Shown piece by piece: positions 42,596 through 54,868 of a stretch of 64,000 nt of DNA; the first letter of the stretch is position 1; each line of letters begins with the position of its first letter. Location: NCBI RefSeq assembly GCF_025526975.1, contig NW_026515668.1:124001-188000 (forward strand). The letters run 5' to 3'. Source of the stretch: Fimicolochytrium jonesii (lineage: Eukaryota). The position numbers and the translations under genes are program-made. The notes under the pieces were generated by a model that did not search any database, was not told where the DNA came from, and saw only the letters and a program-made list of their open reading frames with translations.

Positions 42596-42745
42596 TGTAA
42601 CAGAGTAGACTCTATTGTTGATGATAAAGTACAAGAAGAACGACTCTCAAAAGAGGAAGGGCTTTTAAGGGGGTGAAGAAAAGGGTGAAGTTCCCAGGTC
42701 ACGTGGTATGTGGCGTGTGGCGTTCCGTGACCTGTATCCCTCACA
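42596..42745 (-). repeat. Candidate 5' LTR of the gypsy element (~150 bp)
   Basis: Minus strand TGTGAG...CTGTTACA next to the PBS. The outer boundary is tentative because no second copy is present. Confidence 0.55.
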
Positions 42746-43522
42746 GTGGGAGTGCCTTAAAAATTCTGACGGCCAATATCATATCTCTGGTGCGCCTTAT
42801 CCTTGCGCCCATCTCCTCACATCTATTTACTTTCCTTGCCTGACAGATGCATTGGGTCTCATGACTGGTCGATGGCATTCCCAGCCATATTACGGCGACA
42901 ATGGAGCGACATACGGATTCTATTCGCAAATCTGCTTGCTCCCAAACTCTGACCTAGGAGTGGTCATCCTGACAAATAGTGGTCCGAGCCGGTGCTTCTT
43001 GGAGCGTGTTTGTACCTACGTATTTGAAAGGTGCGTTTATCCGGGTTATGGAATTGAGAGCGTGGGTATGGAATCGACGATGGGCTACGGACATTGAACT
43101 TGTTTCTTTATGCCTTTAGTTTGTTGAGGCCCGGCAGCCACCCTGCCTCATCCTACACATGCAAAACCGGCTCAGCCACAACACCAACGCCTCAGCCTCA
43201 CCGTACCGGTACAACCAGGCTGCCCATGTCCGCGTACCAAGGAACTTACCATTCGCATGGATACGGCAATCTGACCCTGGCTCTTCAAGACGACACACTC
43301 CTTCTCTCTATTGGACAGTACCTTCCGCAACTACAGACCTCCATCACCCCGATCGGTCTTGATACATTCTTCGTCCCCGTAACCGGGCTCAACGCAACTG
43401 TAGCGATGAAAGATGATGGAGTCCTCGGGATCCATTTGCAGATGGAGATGGAGATGCTGAAGGATTGCCGGGATCCGTTTGCTGGGATGGGCTGTGCCGA
43501 GTGGTTTGAAAAGGTCGCTTAG
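42746..43522 (+). pseudogene. 3' fragment of a beta-lactamase-like serine hydrolase with DUF3471-like C-terminus
   Basis: YYGDNGATYGFYSQICLLPNSDLGVVILTN and YQGTYHSHGYGNLTL. No SxxK-bearing 5' half found. Confidence 0.65.
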
Positions 43523-44429
43523 AGAGTGAGCGGTTAGAAACCGGACTTCTAGAATGTAGACTTGCAGTGGAAACTTGGCGTATGTAGCTGAACAATATCA
43601 TTCGGCCTCAACCAGACAGTTCGACCAGCAAATTATTCGAACATGATTCTAGCGAACGGGGACGGAGGGGCTTGTGGGCGAGGTAGGGAACTGCAACCCG
43701 AACAAAGTCCAAAAGGCGAGGCCGGGACTGAGAGCTCGACGCTTTTAGAACTCACTTTCCGGCCAGTAGTTTCGTGTGAGAGATCTTCTTCGATAGGCGA
43801 CTCTATAATTATCGCGTGACGACTTTTAGAGGCCGTCTGACCCATGCCCGTCGGCACTGTGTGGGGTCAACTTGCTAGGGTATTTTACGTGCACCTGCAC
43901 ACACGGGTGGAACAGACACTAACTAACTAAGCTAACTAAGTAGCTAGTCGACTTGTCTTGGTCCATTTTCGCAGAGACTGCACCGATACCATGGCCAGGC
44001 GTACTCGTTCAATTGCGCAATGCACCAACTTCTGGCCCCTCCTCCTCCCCCGCTAGCTAGTGAACAATGCGGTATCCACGAGACAGGAAACGCGCCCGCG
44101 TCGCTGTGGATGAAGTCATCGATGTTGATGAGTTAGTGAAGGAGAAGGAGTAGTGGAGAAGGAGGTAGTGGAGAAGGAGGTGGAGGCAGACGGCAAATCG
44201 CCGACGAGGAAGAATAGCACGAAGAAACCGATTCAGGTAGTGACGTCGGAGAGGGCGAGTGGATCGACGGTTCGGCCTACGAAAGCTCAGAGGCAATCTG
44301 GCGTATGGCCACAGAGAGGCATCGTCAAGAAAACATCGCGGCGATTGTCAGGATGCTCAATTCATGCCATTGGCGCTCCGTTGCTGACCTGCACGACACT
44401 TTTGTGCGTGAATGGGACGCCGCGGTGTT

Positions 44430-44640
44430 CTACGCTCAGCGCTCTGTGCGCACTCAGGCCAAAACTACACTGGAGATGGTCGCCACGACCATCGGCTTGT
44501 GCACGCTCGGCGGCCTGTTCACGCGCCGAAAGATCCTCTGGCTGACCGACAGCTCGCCGACCGTGTCCCTCTGGTCTTCAGGGTACGCTGCGGGGTCGTT
44601 GATCTCCGGCGCTATTCGCATCACCGACCTACTCAACCCC
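44430..44640 (+). pseudogene. Possible DIRS/Ngaro-type RNase H remnant
   Basis: TLEMVATTIGLCTLGGLFTRRKILWLTDSSPTVSLWSSG resembles the LEL.A...TD[NS] RNase H core of YR retroelements. Confidence 0.4.
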
Positions 44641-46529
44641 ATGCCTCCCGCCCCGGCTGCCCCGCCCGCCACCGCTGCTGCGCCCGCCCCCGCTCGCCCA
44701 ACGCGTGCTGCTGCTGTCGCGACCGTGTGTGCAGCAGCAATGGCGGCTGCGGCGCCATCACCGGCCGAAGATGAGGAGGGTTACGACGAAGCGCTGGCGG
44801 CGGAAGAGGATCTGGAAATGTTGAATGACGAAGATGTCAAATTGCGAGATAGCAGCGACCATCCGATCCGAACTCCATGGCTCCCTTCGCCTCAACTTCC
44901 TCCGAAAGTTTAGGCCTTTGTGGGAGAACCATCTAGCACGATCTAAGCGACTCCGAGGCAATCTGCAGCGTTCCGGCGGACATCTACACATGGCATCGTA
45001 TGACAGCTTGCCAGACGAGCGAACGACAGGAACAGGTCAATGATACTCGGTATCACTCAGCGTATCAGGACCAGCAAATACTACATCAACGGGCGATTCA
45101 CGTATGTCCAAAGCCCATGGGCAGACACACATTGTCAAACAGCTCCGCTACAGTTCCGCATTTGCGGCATCTTCAGTACGCCCTTATTCCTTAAGAGTAC
45201 TCGCATGGAAAATATGACCGACCTTGGCACGGCGACGGAATTGGCTCTGCCCATGCCACGGACCTAAGGACCCCTTTCCTGGGTCGCTCCTCCGGCCCTG
45301 AGGTCACAGGTTCGACCCCTGTACAGAGCAGTTGCATGGTCTGAATGTCCGTATTCGCGCTAGCAGCGGAGCCAGGGCTGAAGAAAACCAAGTCATACAA
45401 CGTCGATGTGATTGGAGGTATCGGGAGCGACCGGCAGGAGCTCTGCTTCGTTGAAAACAGTGGTGGGCAGGGTGCTTCCAGTCATTAGCATGCGTTAGAT
45501 GACAGCATCAACGTATGTGTGTAAGAAGCAGATCCGCGACATTGTCCTTTTGCGGATTTGTGGTGTTGTGTTTCTTTTTCCGTTCGGAAATCGCGCTACG
45601 CGTGTGTAGTCCTTAGGAGGGGGTTTTGGTCCGGTATGCACGGAGGCGTACGGGGTCCGGAGTTTGGACTCGGGGGCTTCATATCCATGGTAGTGAGGAG
45701 GAAGGTAGGCAAAAACGTAGGAGTGCAGACCGACGCCGTGAGGTGCCCTTCAGCTTTTCCCGGCTGCTTCTCTGGCCTCGCATGGCATTGGGCGAAAGCG
45801 AGGACGCCGGCTCAAGAAAGCGGCCGCTAAACAGACAATCATACTGTGCATGTGTATGGCAAATTGTTGGGTGAATGTCCGTTTTCACTTACAGAACACT
45901 GGAAAGTTGCTTAGGAATGTTCCGCGGAAGGTCACTCCTTACTGTCCGTCTGCGACTTTGAGTCGTGCATGTGTGCATAAGTGCCGTCGGAGCGATGAAA
46001 GTTGGGGCTGCCGACATTATGAAAGTGTCTGTTTTACATGGAGACACTCCCCAACAGTCCGTCTCATATACTGTGCATAGATCTGGATTGCAGAAGATTA
46101 ATACCTAGAGAAGGTAGAGCCACATTTGCTACGACACAGTGGAGGTGATGCGCGGAGGACGTGTAAACGACGAATCGGAGTGATGCGGCAGACGGACGGA
46201 ATCTCCATTCATCCAATCTCGTTCGCGGACCACTTTGCCGACTCCGACCGGTTGGCTAACCTTCCTCGCCATCATCGCACCCCCCGCGGACAGCCCCATC
46301 TTCCACATCCGCCCGCATCGGCGTCGGCGTCCTTGCACTGGCGTCCACCGCAAGACATTGTCCCATACGACCACTCTTGTCACAGCAACCCCAACGTCCA
46401 ACCGAAAGTACCGATGGTGTCCCGAACAGATTGTATATTTGACTGTACATCCGCCCACGCGCACATGAAAAAGGAATATCAAAAAATCATGCCATTTCTA
46501 AATCGGATTTTCGATGATTAATTTTTCGT

Positions 46530-47499
46530 TTACGCAGAGGTGGTGGAACGGGTCTTGGGCTTGGCGATGGCACCTAAATATGGGAGAAGGAGAGAGATCG
46601 AGAGGTGAATATGTGAGGGAGAAGTATTGTAAGTGCACAGTCAGATGTATGGGACGTACCTTCACGGAAACCGTTCTTGAAACGGCGAGCGACCGTCTTC
46701 AGGTAACGCATACGGCCGGTACCGGTGGTCTTGCGACGCTTGCCCTTCTCAGACCACTCGACTAGGAGAAAAAAGGAAGGACGGCGAAACTCAGTTTCCT
46801 TGGTTCCGTTCCGCCTCGAGTGTGGAAAACAACGTCCAGTTTCAATACTCACAGTGACGAATCTTGGCCGCAGGGTAACCGCACTGCGCGCAAGTCTTCT
46901 TCTGGTTGTGGAAAGAACGACGTCCACATCGCCTGCACAGAGTGTGCGACTTTGTGTGCTTCTTACCGAAGGATTGAGTACCCTTGGTCTGTTTGCGTGA
47001 GGGAAGACATCTCGTTAGTATTGTCCACGAAGTGAGTCCAGAAAGGAGAAGTTCGCTCCCTCCGCCCGTGTTGTTGCGGCAACAGGACGTCGGCCGTTCC
47101 AGAGTTCCATGCCCAATGGTCGTCTCCCAACCCACGCGAAATTCGTAGTCGTCTTGAATTCCCCAACGATAATTCGCCTCCGACCGCTGACCCAGAATCC
47201 GCCAGCGAGCCAGACCCTAGCTGAGAGCCCCGCCGCCATCGTTTCTCCCACATCTGGTCTCCATGTCGTTGACGTTCATGTCGTTAATTCCCAACCTCCC
47301 CCTGACCATCCGGTGGGAATCATGCTCGTCTCCATTTCGTTTGTCGGAATTCCTGCACCGCAAAACCATACGCTGCGGTGCCGACGATATCCCCAGTTGT
47401 CGTTCGTAATCCCCGTCCCAAGTAACACCCCTCGACCGTCGATTCCATTCAGCAATTCGATTTCAAACTCCATCATCCCATTCCCACCCCGCTCCACCT

Positions 47500-47534
<35 letters not shown>

Positions 47535-47609
47535 CTCCGGCATAGGTTCTCCCTGCTCCGGTTGTTGTCGGGCGTTGTCGTCTCCTGCTCTCTCTCTGCT
47601 GCGTACCAT
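46530..47609 (-). CDS. RPL37: 60S ribosomal protein L37 (eL37), four exons
   Basis: GCCACC-ATG|GTACGC ATG-only first exon, then [62 protein letters not shown] and [14 protein letters not shown]. Confidence 0.95.
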
Positions 47610-47951
47610 GGTGGCTGCTTCCTAGATTGATAAGGATTCGACCCTCGCTCGGAAGATATTGAATCGCAGAATGCCGTGCCAAAGCGCAGGTGCCAAAGGG
47701 AAGCATATGCAAGGCGACCTTCCCAATTGAGACTCTGAGGCGCGTGACTCATTGTGTGTCATCTCGATTGAAACTCCTCAAGCACGTGCGGGGAAGAGCT
47801 AGTTGTATTGGCGCCGCTTTTTTCCTGCAGAATCCGGCGTCTGTTGCAAGATCGAGAAGATCGTTTCATTCCCCATGCTCATCGCCGCGACGGATTCTCG
47901 CCCCCGCAACCTCCCACTCTCCCCTGTCCTCGTCAAAAACTTCCTTCGCCA

Positions 47952-48959
47952 ATGCCACCACCCCGCATCCACATTCTCGGCGCAGGCGCAATCGGCCTCC
48001 TGCACACCCACATCCTCGCGCAGCACAACGTCCCAACAACCCTCCTCCTCCGCCCCGCAACTCTCCAATCCTTCCTCAAAGCCGGGAGCATCATCCGCGT
48101 ACATGACGCTGCGGACGATTCGACTGTGGAACATACTGGGATTCAGGCTGAGGATGTGGCTGCAAATGGGAAGGAGGGGAAGGGGGGGATCGATTGTCTG
48201 TTAGTATGCACCAAAGCAGGCGACACGCACGCGGCCGTGCAATCCATCCGACACCGTCTCATCCGCCCCCGCTCCATCTCTCATCCCGCAATTATAATCC
48301 TCCTCCAAAATGGCGTCCTGGCCCTGCACCCGACCATCCAATCCCTCTTCCCGCCCACCTCGCACGGCGGACCCGTCGTTTTCGCGGGGTCGACGACGCA
48401 TGGCGCGTGGATGAGGGATCGCTTCAATGTGGTTTGGGCGGGCAGGGGTGGGACTTGTTTCGGACCAATCTCTGGTTCTCCCGCATCTATATCAGATACG
48501 ACAGGAGGTATACTAACAACCCTCAATCGCGCAGGACTCGAATATCAGCCACCAGATGCCCTCCTCCCAACCCTCTTATTAAAACTCGTCACAAACGCCT
48601 GTCTGAACCCCATCACCGCCCTCCTCGGCCTTCCCAACGGGTGCGTCCTCACACCCCTGGGTCGTGGCTTGATAACCCAAATATGCACAGAACTCGCTTC
48701 TCTACTCCCCCATCTCCACGCCCCAGCATCACAAAAGTGGTCAGCGGAGATGTTGACGGATTATGTATGCGGGGTAGCGGACGCGACAAAGGGGAACAGG
48801 AACTCAATGTTGGTGGATGTGGAGAGGGGCGGGTGCACGGAGGTGGATTTTATTTTGGGGTATTGTGTGACGAAGGGGGAGGAGTACGGGGTGCAGACGC
48901 CTGTTTTGAGGGCGCTTTGGGACTTGGTTAGGTTGAAGAGTGGGGATGTGGGTGTATGA
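47952..48959 (+). CDS. 2-dehydropantoate (ketopantoate) reductase, Pan5/ApbA family
   Basis: IHILGAGAIG, LVCTKA, LLQNG, KLVTNACLNPITALL, NRNSMLVDV and TEVDFILG. Confidence 0.92.
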   Translation: MPPPRIHILGAGAIGLLHTHILAQHNVPTTLLLRPATLQSFLKAGSIIRVHDAADDSTVEHTGIQAEDVAANGKEGKGGIDCLLVCTKAGDTHAAVQSIRHRLIRPRSISHPAIIILLQNGVLALHPTIQSLFPPTSHGGPVVFAGSTTHGAWMRDRFNVVWAGRGGTCFGPISGSPASISDTTGGILTTLNRAGLEYQPPDALLPTLLLKLVTNACLNPITALLGLPNGCVLTPLGRGLITQICTELASLLPHLHAPASQKWSAEMLTDYVCGVADATKGNRNSMLVDVERGGCTEVDFILGYCVTKGEEYGVQTPVLRALWDLVRLKSGDVGV

Positions 48960-48997
48960 TCATGATGGGATGAATGATATGTCTTTTAAGTTATGTT

Positions 48998-51297
48998 CTA
49001 CCGAAAATACAACGGCGTAAACCCGACACTCCCATCCTCCCAAACACACGTCAACAGCGCGCCCCGTTTGAACATGGGCGCGAATACGATGGTTGTCGGT
49101 AGCGGGGGTGCACCATCACCTTCTTCATTGTCTTCTTGTTGTTGTTGTTGTTGGTCATCATCCGTGTCCATTTGAGATTCATTAGCGAAAGGGGATCGAG
49201 GTGGGAGTGGTCGTGGGGCGTCAGGGTGCCATTGTGGACCTCTTATAAACCCACTAATGCAAAAATCAAAGGGTTAAGGACATACTACTGGATGGGATTC
49301 TCGCCAGGAAACTCACATGATATCCAAAACAGGTAACGGGCCCCTCCCGACCCTAAACAGCGCCACCAATTCCGCCCCGTTATGCGTGCCTTCAAACGTA
49401 ACTGCGAGCCGTTTACATGTTGGGTCGGCCGCCATTTGTTTTATATATCCGCCGACCCTATAGAAAGTCATATCAGTGATTATCCATCGAGACGTGAATT
49501 GTGGTGACATGGTCACGCACCTGAACCCCGTCGAGGTCTCAAACAGAGGCATTTTGGTCTCTTCAACGGCCTTGATATCCAGTGAAGGCGGCGGGGAGTT
49601 GATCTGCTGGGAAAAGATCTTGCGGCCGCGGGCGAGGGCAAAGAAGTAGAGGCGGGAGTCGGGGTGCCATATTACTGACTGGGGGAGGGTGTTAGGGGTG
49701 GGCAGAGTGAGGGAGTGAAGAGAAGGGGAGGGTACGTACATGTGGTCTCCGCCCGTTGGTATTGACGACTTCATCTTTCCAGGTTCGTGTTTCCCAGATC
49801 CGCATCATGTTCCTATCACCGCACCCAAATCAGTGTCCCACTCACACAAACCCCAACCCTCCACCAAACACCACCACCTACGTGCAAGCCTGAACCAAAT
49901 ACTCCCCATTCGGACTCCACCATACCCCTGTCGTCCCCCCATTCGCGCCCCCGACAACCGTCGCTTCTTCCATCGCCACATCCCACACAACTACCGCACT
50001 AGATGTCGCCGAGCCCGCAACAATGTACTGCCCATCCGGCGACCATGCGAGACAGGTGAGGTTGTCGAACCCCGGGTAGCGGAGGAAGGTGAGCCAGGCG
50101 AAGGTGGGAGTGGAGGCGTGGAGGAATGTTGCTGGGGTGGTGGAGGTGTTAGGTGTGGGGTCGAAGATGAGGCGCCAGAGGGTGATGCCGTGGCTGGGGA
50201 GAGGAGGGGGAATTAGGTTTGGGGGTGGGGATAGGTGAGGAAGGGAGGGGACGTTACCGTGATGCGACGGCGAGCAGCGTGCCGGTCTGTGGACTCCACT
50301 CTAAGGCGGTGATATCTGTCTGGAACTCGTGGCGTAAACCCGACGGGAGGGATGGAAACCATTCTAAACCGGCAGTACATCGTCCGTCAGTTTCATCCGT
50401 TCACACAAAAGCTTTTGTAACGAGTTGAATGTACGTACTTTCCGACACGATATCGTAAATATGCACGCTGTTCTGCTTATGGGCCACAGCTATCACTTGC
50501 CGACTCGCATGCCACGCCAGCGTTCTTATGGGCCGGGTCGCGAGATCGGCTTGCAGGCGCGTGTAGTACTGTAGTTTCCTCGACGGCTGTCACACCATTC
50601 CACCATCAGTGCTCGCCTCGCGTCCTTCAAAAGCATATGCTTCCGCGCCTTACCCACCTGCTGCATACTAGCAACCCGATTCAAAACCCACTCAACAACC
50701 TGATGTGTCTTCTCTGAGTACCGCGCAATAGGCTCCTTGCGGTCCTCCCACCACGTCAACACCGAGTTCAATAATGTGTCCAGCTGGTCTTCGAGGGCTG
50801 AGGGTGGTGGCGCTTTTGCTAACCGCGCGATGGGGAATTGGACGTCGCTGGGGTCTGAGAAGGCGTAGGGGAATTTGAGGATGGGGTATAAAACCCCCTG
50901 GGAAGGTGAGCTTGGGGTGAGTCTCCGATTCCCTTATCCCGTCCCTGTTCGCATCGGCTGTCCCACAATCTCGAAGCATCAATCCCGTCCCCTACCTCAG
51001 CCTGCACATAATCAAACAGCCTCGGATCGTCGTTCTCGGTCACTTGCACTTCGAAGATAATCCGCATTAGTATCCCGGTCGATGAAGCGTCCCGCGACCG
51101 ACAACATACCCAAGCTTCCCGAAAGCTCCGCAATCGTAACCGCCTCCTCGGACGGCACGAGACTTTCTAGGTATTCGGTTGGAGACTGCGTTCGGGTGTC
51201 TGCGATGAGAAGGAACGTCGCGGTGGTAACTAACTATGCCAGTTGAACGGGACTGGAGGCGAGGCAAACAAATACCTTTCTCTCGTCGGGGCGGCAT
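48998..51297 (-). CDS. Aladin-like WD40 nucleoporin, multi-exon
   Basis: TLAWHASRQVIAVA, HEFQTDITALEWSP, WSPDG and WSPNG repeats, LWETRTW, DPTCKRLAVTF, GFIRGP, FKRGALLTCVWEDG..FTPLYF. Start uncertain. Confidence 0.8.
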
Positions 51298-51729
51298 TTT
51301 CGGGATGCTGTGAATGCTATGAACTGGGTTAAGGGCGGTGGGAATGCTTGGACGGACGGTGATGGGTGAGTGATCTAAAAAGCCGGGAACGACGTGCGGG
51401 TGGATATGTTCTGGGGCCTTTGAGAAAGCTGTTGGAGTATGAGTAGTATCAGACGGCAAGCGCAGTCAGTTGATGACCGTTGGTATATCAAGGTTGCTGG
51501 GAGTCTCGTTGCGCCTTTCCCCGAAATGATCGAGTCAAGTAGATCAACAGAGTAAAGTTGAAGAACACGCGCAACCCCCACTGTCTGGCAGAATGGCAAT
51601 AAACCTTCTCCTCATCCATTGAACTCATGAACTACGTTCCTCGTCCAGAGCATATTCCTAAACCTCCGTGCATGTCCGCGGATGAGAGAACGGCATATTG
51701 ACCGGCGATTCCAAGACTGCTGTAAAGTC

Positions 51730-54004
51730 ATGAGCGACGTGACCGGCTCTTGGGCGCCATCCTTCTCACTAGCCTTCAAGCTCCTATGCCTGTCCAGACT
51801 CCTGGCCGCGATATACTCCAACATTAGCGGTGAGGCTTCCTCGCATGAACTCAACAAGTCGTATATCTAAAAATACTGATATTTCGCTGCAGATTGCGAC
51901 GAGGTATTTAACTATTGGGAACCGACTCATTACTTGCAGTATGGCCTGGGCCTGCAAACGTGGGAGTACTCGCCGGTCTACGCCATTCGATCGTGGGCAT
52001 ATGCCCTCCTTCACTCGACATGGGCTGGGGTGATGGAGATGCTGGTATCGAAGAATAAGGTTCGCCGGAGGAGGGGAGACTTCGTGCTGCTGAAAGCCAC
52101 TTGGGCCGAACCTCTGGCTCATCATCTCATTCAAGCCGACAGTCTTTTACGAAACGCGCGGACTATTGGCCATAGCTTCTGCTACTACGGAAGCATGTCT
52201 TGTCGATGCTGTGGTGAAGCACGTGAATCCGAAAGTAGGCCGCGACTTGTTCTTCATGCTCTTCATGAGCACCGGCTTGTTTGTGGCTTCGACAGGTATG
52301 TTATATCACAATAGGTTCCTGAGATCAACAGGGATGGTGTTAACCACAATCTGCAGCGTATCTACCATCAACATTTGCAATGTATGCTGTGACGCTGGCT
52401 ACTGCCGTGTCCTTGGAGAAGCCTGGGCGCCTCCGCACATACGCGCTAGTGCTGATATATGGAGTTGGGTCGCTCCTTGGTTGGCCGTTCAGCGCCGCGG
52501 CTGGGACTCCATTTGCTGTTGAGGAGCTTTTCTTGTCCGGCCGCCGGCTCATGCGGCTGCGACATCTTCTTGAAGCAATCATTGCCACCCTGCTACTTGT
52601 GCTTGTAAGCTGCTTCTCTGAATCTCCTTGACGGAACATACGCTCAACGATGATTTGCTGCACCAGGGACCTATGGTGTTGCTGGATTCCACGTTCTATC
52701 GCAAGCTCGTAGTGGTGCCGTTGAACCTTGTGCTGTACAACGTCTTCAGCGGCGCGGACAAAGGCCCGGACATCTTTGGAACGGAGCCATGGTGGTTCTA
52801 TCTGCTCAATGGCTCCCTGAACTTCAACGTTCTCTTCCCCATGTACCTCCTGGCATTGCCCCTTCAGGTACCTTCTCCACTGCTATCTCATTCATTGATT
52901 ACAATGTGCTCACGATCGCATACCTTTCTTGTTCTTTCGCAACAGCTTGCCGACATGATGCTCCGGGGCGCAGGCGCATCCCAAAACTCAGCGTTGTTGA
53001 TTCTCAAGCTCCTACCAGCAAATGTGATGCTAGGCATTTTCAGTCTCCAGCCGCATAAGGAGGAACGATTCCTTTTCGTCGTATATCCGCTGATCTGCTT
53101 TAATGCGTCTATCGCCTTATTCATTGCGCGATCGTGGATCCAAAACGCCGCGTCCTTCTTCACCTCACGGGTAAGGCTTCTGCTGGCAATGTATCTCGTC
53201 AAGACACTAACGCTGACGACATTGTCTTTCTCAGACCGTAGGCAGACGCGCAAGTCGCGCTTTTGCAGCCATATTCTTCGCCATCTTCACGGTTCTCTCG
53301 CTCTCCCGTACCCTGGCGCTGTACTTCCACTATCACGCGCCCCTAGATGTATACCCACAACTCCATTATCGAGTCCCAACCGGATCTGCCACCAGCAGCA
53401 AGGAAATCAATCTCTGCGTCGGAAAAGAGTGGTACCGGTTCCCCTCTCACTACTTCCTCCCGGATGGCGTGCGGTTACGGTTCCTGAAATCCAGCTTCGA
53501 TGGGTTGCTCCCGAAATACTTCGAAGAACATCACCTGTTCGTTAATGTAACAGCCGAGAAGGAGCGGTCGCCGGCCCATATATTACAAACAGAGGGCGTA
53601 GCAGCGTACGCGGCGATGCTGAGGAATGCGCCCAGGCTTACCCATGTAGAGGTTACTGGCATGAATGATCAGAACATCGAGGCCATGGACCGATATGTAA
53701 GTTTCGTGGAATACCTCTTTCCGCCTTTCCTCCCGGGAAAACCACCCTCACGGATTCTCCTTCCCAGGTTCCAATAGAATCATGCGATTTCGTCATAGAC
53801 TACACTCCACCCAACGCACAGTTCCACCCGGACGCCGCGGAACCGTTATACAGCTTAGACGAAGAGCATTGGGTGAAGCACTATTGCAAGCCGTTCCTGG
53901 ACTCGGCTTCCACTGCTCGGCTTGCACGTGCGTTCTATGTACCCGGCCTAGGGTCTAAGAGCTGGGGCGAGTATTGTTTACTCAAACGACGGCATGTACT
54001 GTAG
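51730..54004 (+). CDS. ALG9: Alpha-1,2-mannosyltransferase (GT22), multi-exon
   Basis: DCDEVFNYWEPTHYL..G.GLQTWEYSPVYAIRSWAY, LGWPF, YNVFSG..KGPDIFGTEPW, QPHKEERF, CVGKEWYRFPSHYFLP. Confidence 0.93.
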
Positions 54005-54121
54005 ACAGCCGGGGCGTAGAGTTTTCTTAACACCGAGGTGTCCGTGTGAGAGGTTTCGCATATCCGATTCAATCGGGGAACTGGAGACACTGCACTCACG
54101 CCTTTCACACCGTCTTCATAT

Positions 54122-54431
54122 AAGAGTAAATCTTATAACGCGTTCCGTCGACCTGTGCAATGCCCTCGCGGCCCAGGGCGGAGGCGCCGCGTGTCCCGTA
54201 CAGCCCGGGGACCAGAATTGGAGTGTCGTGCAGCAGGTCCCCGCCGGTGTGCCCGCGGCGACGTTTGTGTTGACGGCGAATGCGAAAAATGGGGATGGGA
54301 GTCTGGATGGGAGAGGGTGAGTGGTTTTTTTTTTTTCGTGGTTTCAATTAGTGGACTTGGTTTGGTTTGATTGATGTTTTGTGTCTTGTAGAATCACCTG
54401 CTTCACCGGTCCGGTTCAAGTCGCCGGTTGA
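54122..54431 (+). pseudogene. 3' half of an ML-domain (NPC2-like) lipid-transfer gene
   Basis: VDLC...CPVQPG...VPAGVPAATFVLTANAKNGDG, then a GT-AG intron (~54317-54390), then ITCFTGPVQVAG*. Confidence 0.6.
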
Positions 54432-54868
54432 AATTACACCTCTGCTGCGTCGCCGCGCGATGGGTGGTAATAATACATTACGATCGAATGCCGTCGGATG
54501 TTGCTCGAAACACATTCCCCGGATTCCTCAAAGGCGTATCTATCTCTAGTGAGTGTAGTGTATTTCGAACCGGCGCGTACCCCAGGCGTACCCACCTTGC
54601 GATTTCGTCGATTAGTCTGATTGTTGGGGATGTCCATCTCGCAGGAATGCGAGAAAGATGTATAGTATAGAACGATTCAGATGTAACTACGTTTACAAAA
54701 AGTCTATGTACAAAGGAAGTGTCTCAGTATGTGCAAAAGACGTCGCAGACGTCGGGAATATGAGGCAAGGTAAAAAAATCCACTTGGTGAAGCACATCGC
54801 CAAATACGCCGTCTGCAAGGATGTCCTTTAAACAGGTCAGGAAAGGTCCGCCAGCGGTCCAAATCCTC

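Larger units (their letters stand above)
12927..42745 (-). mobile_element. Degenerate Ty3/gypsy LTR retrotransposon, 3'-truncated, interrupted by two nested insertions
   Basis: Order on minus strand: candidate LTR, PBS, gag with CCHC knuckle, protease (LLDTGCT), RT (YMDD), RNase H (DAS, ELLA, TDH), integrase. No second LTR copy found near 12.9 kb. Confidence 0.92.

Noticed and set aside
46989..47606. Intronic snoRNA in the long RPL37 intron
   Set aside because: No convincing box C/D or H/ACA pair found by eye.
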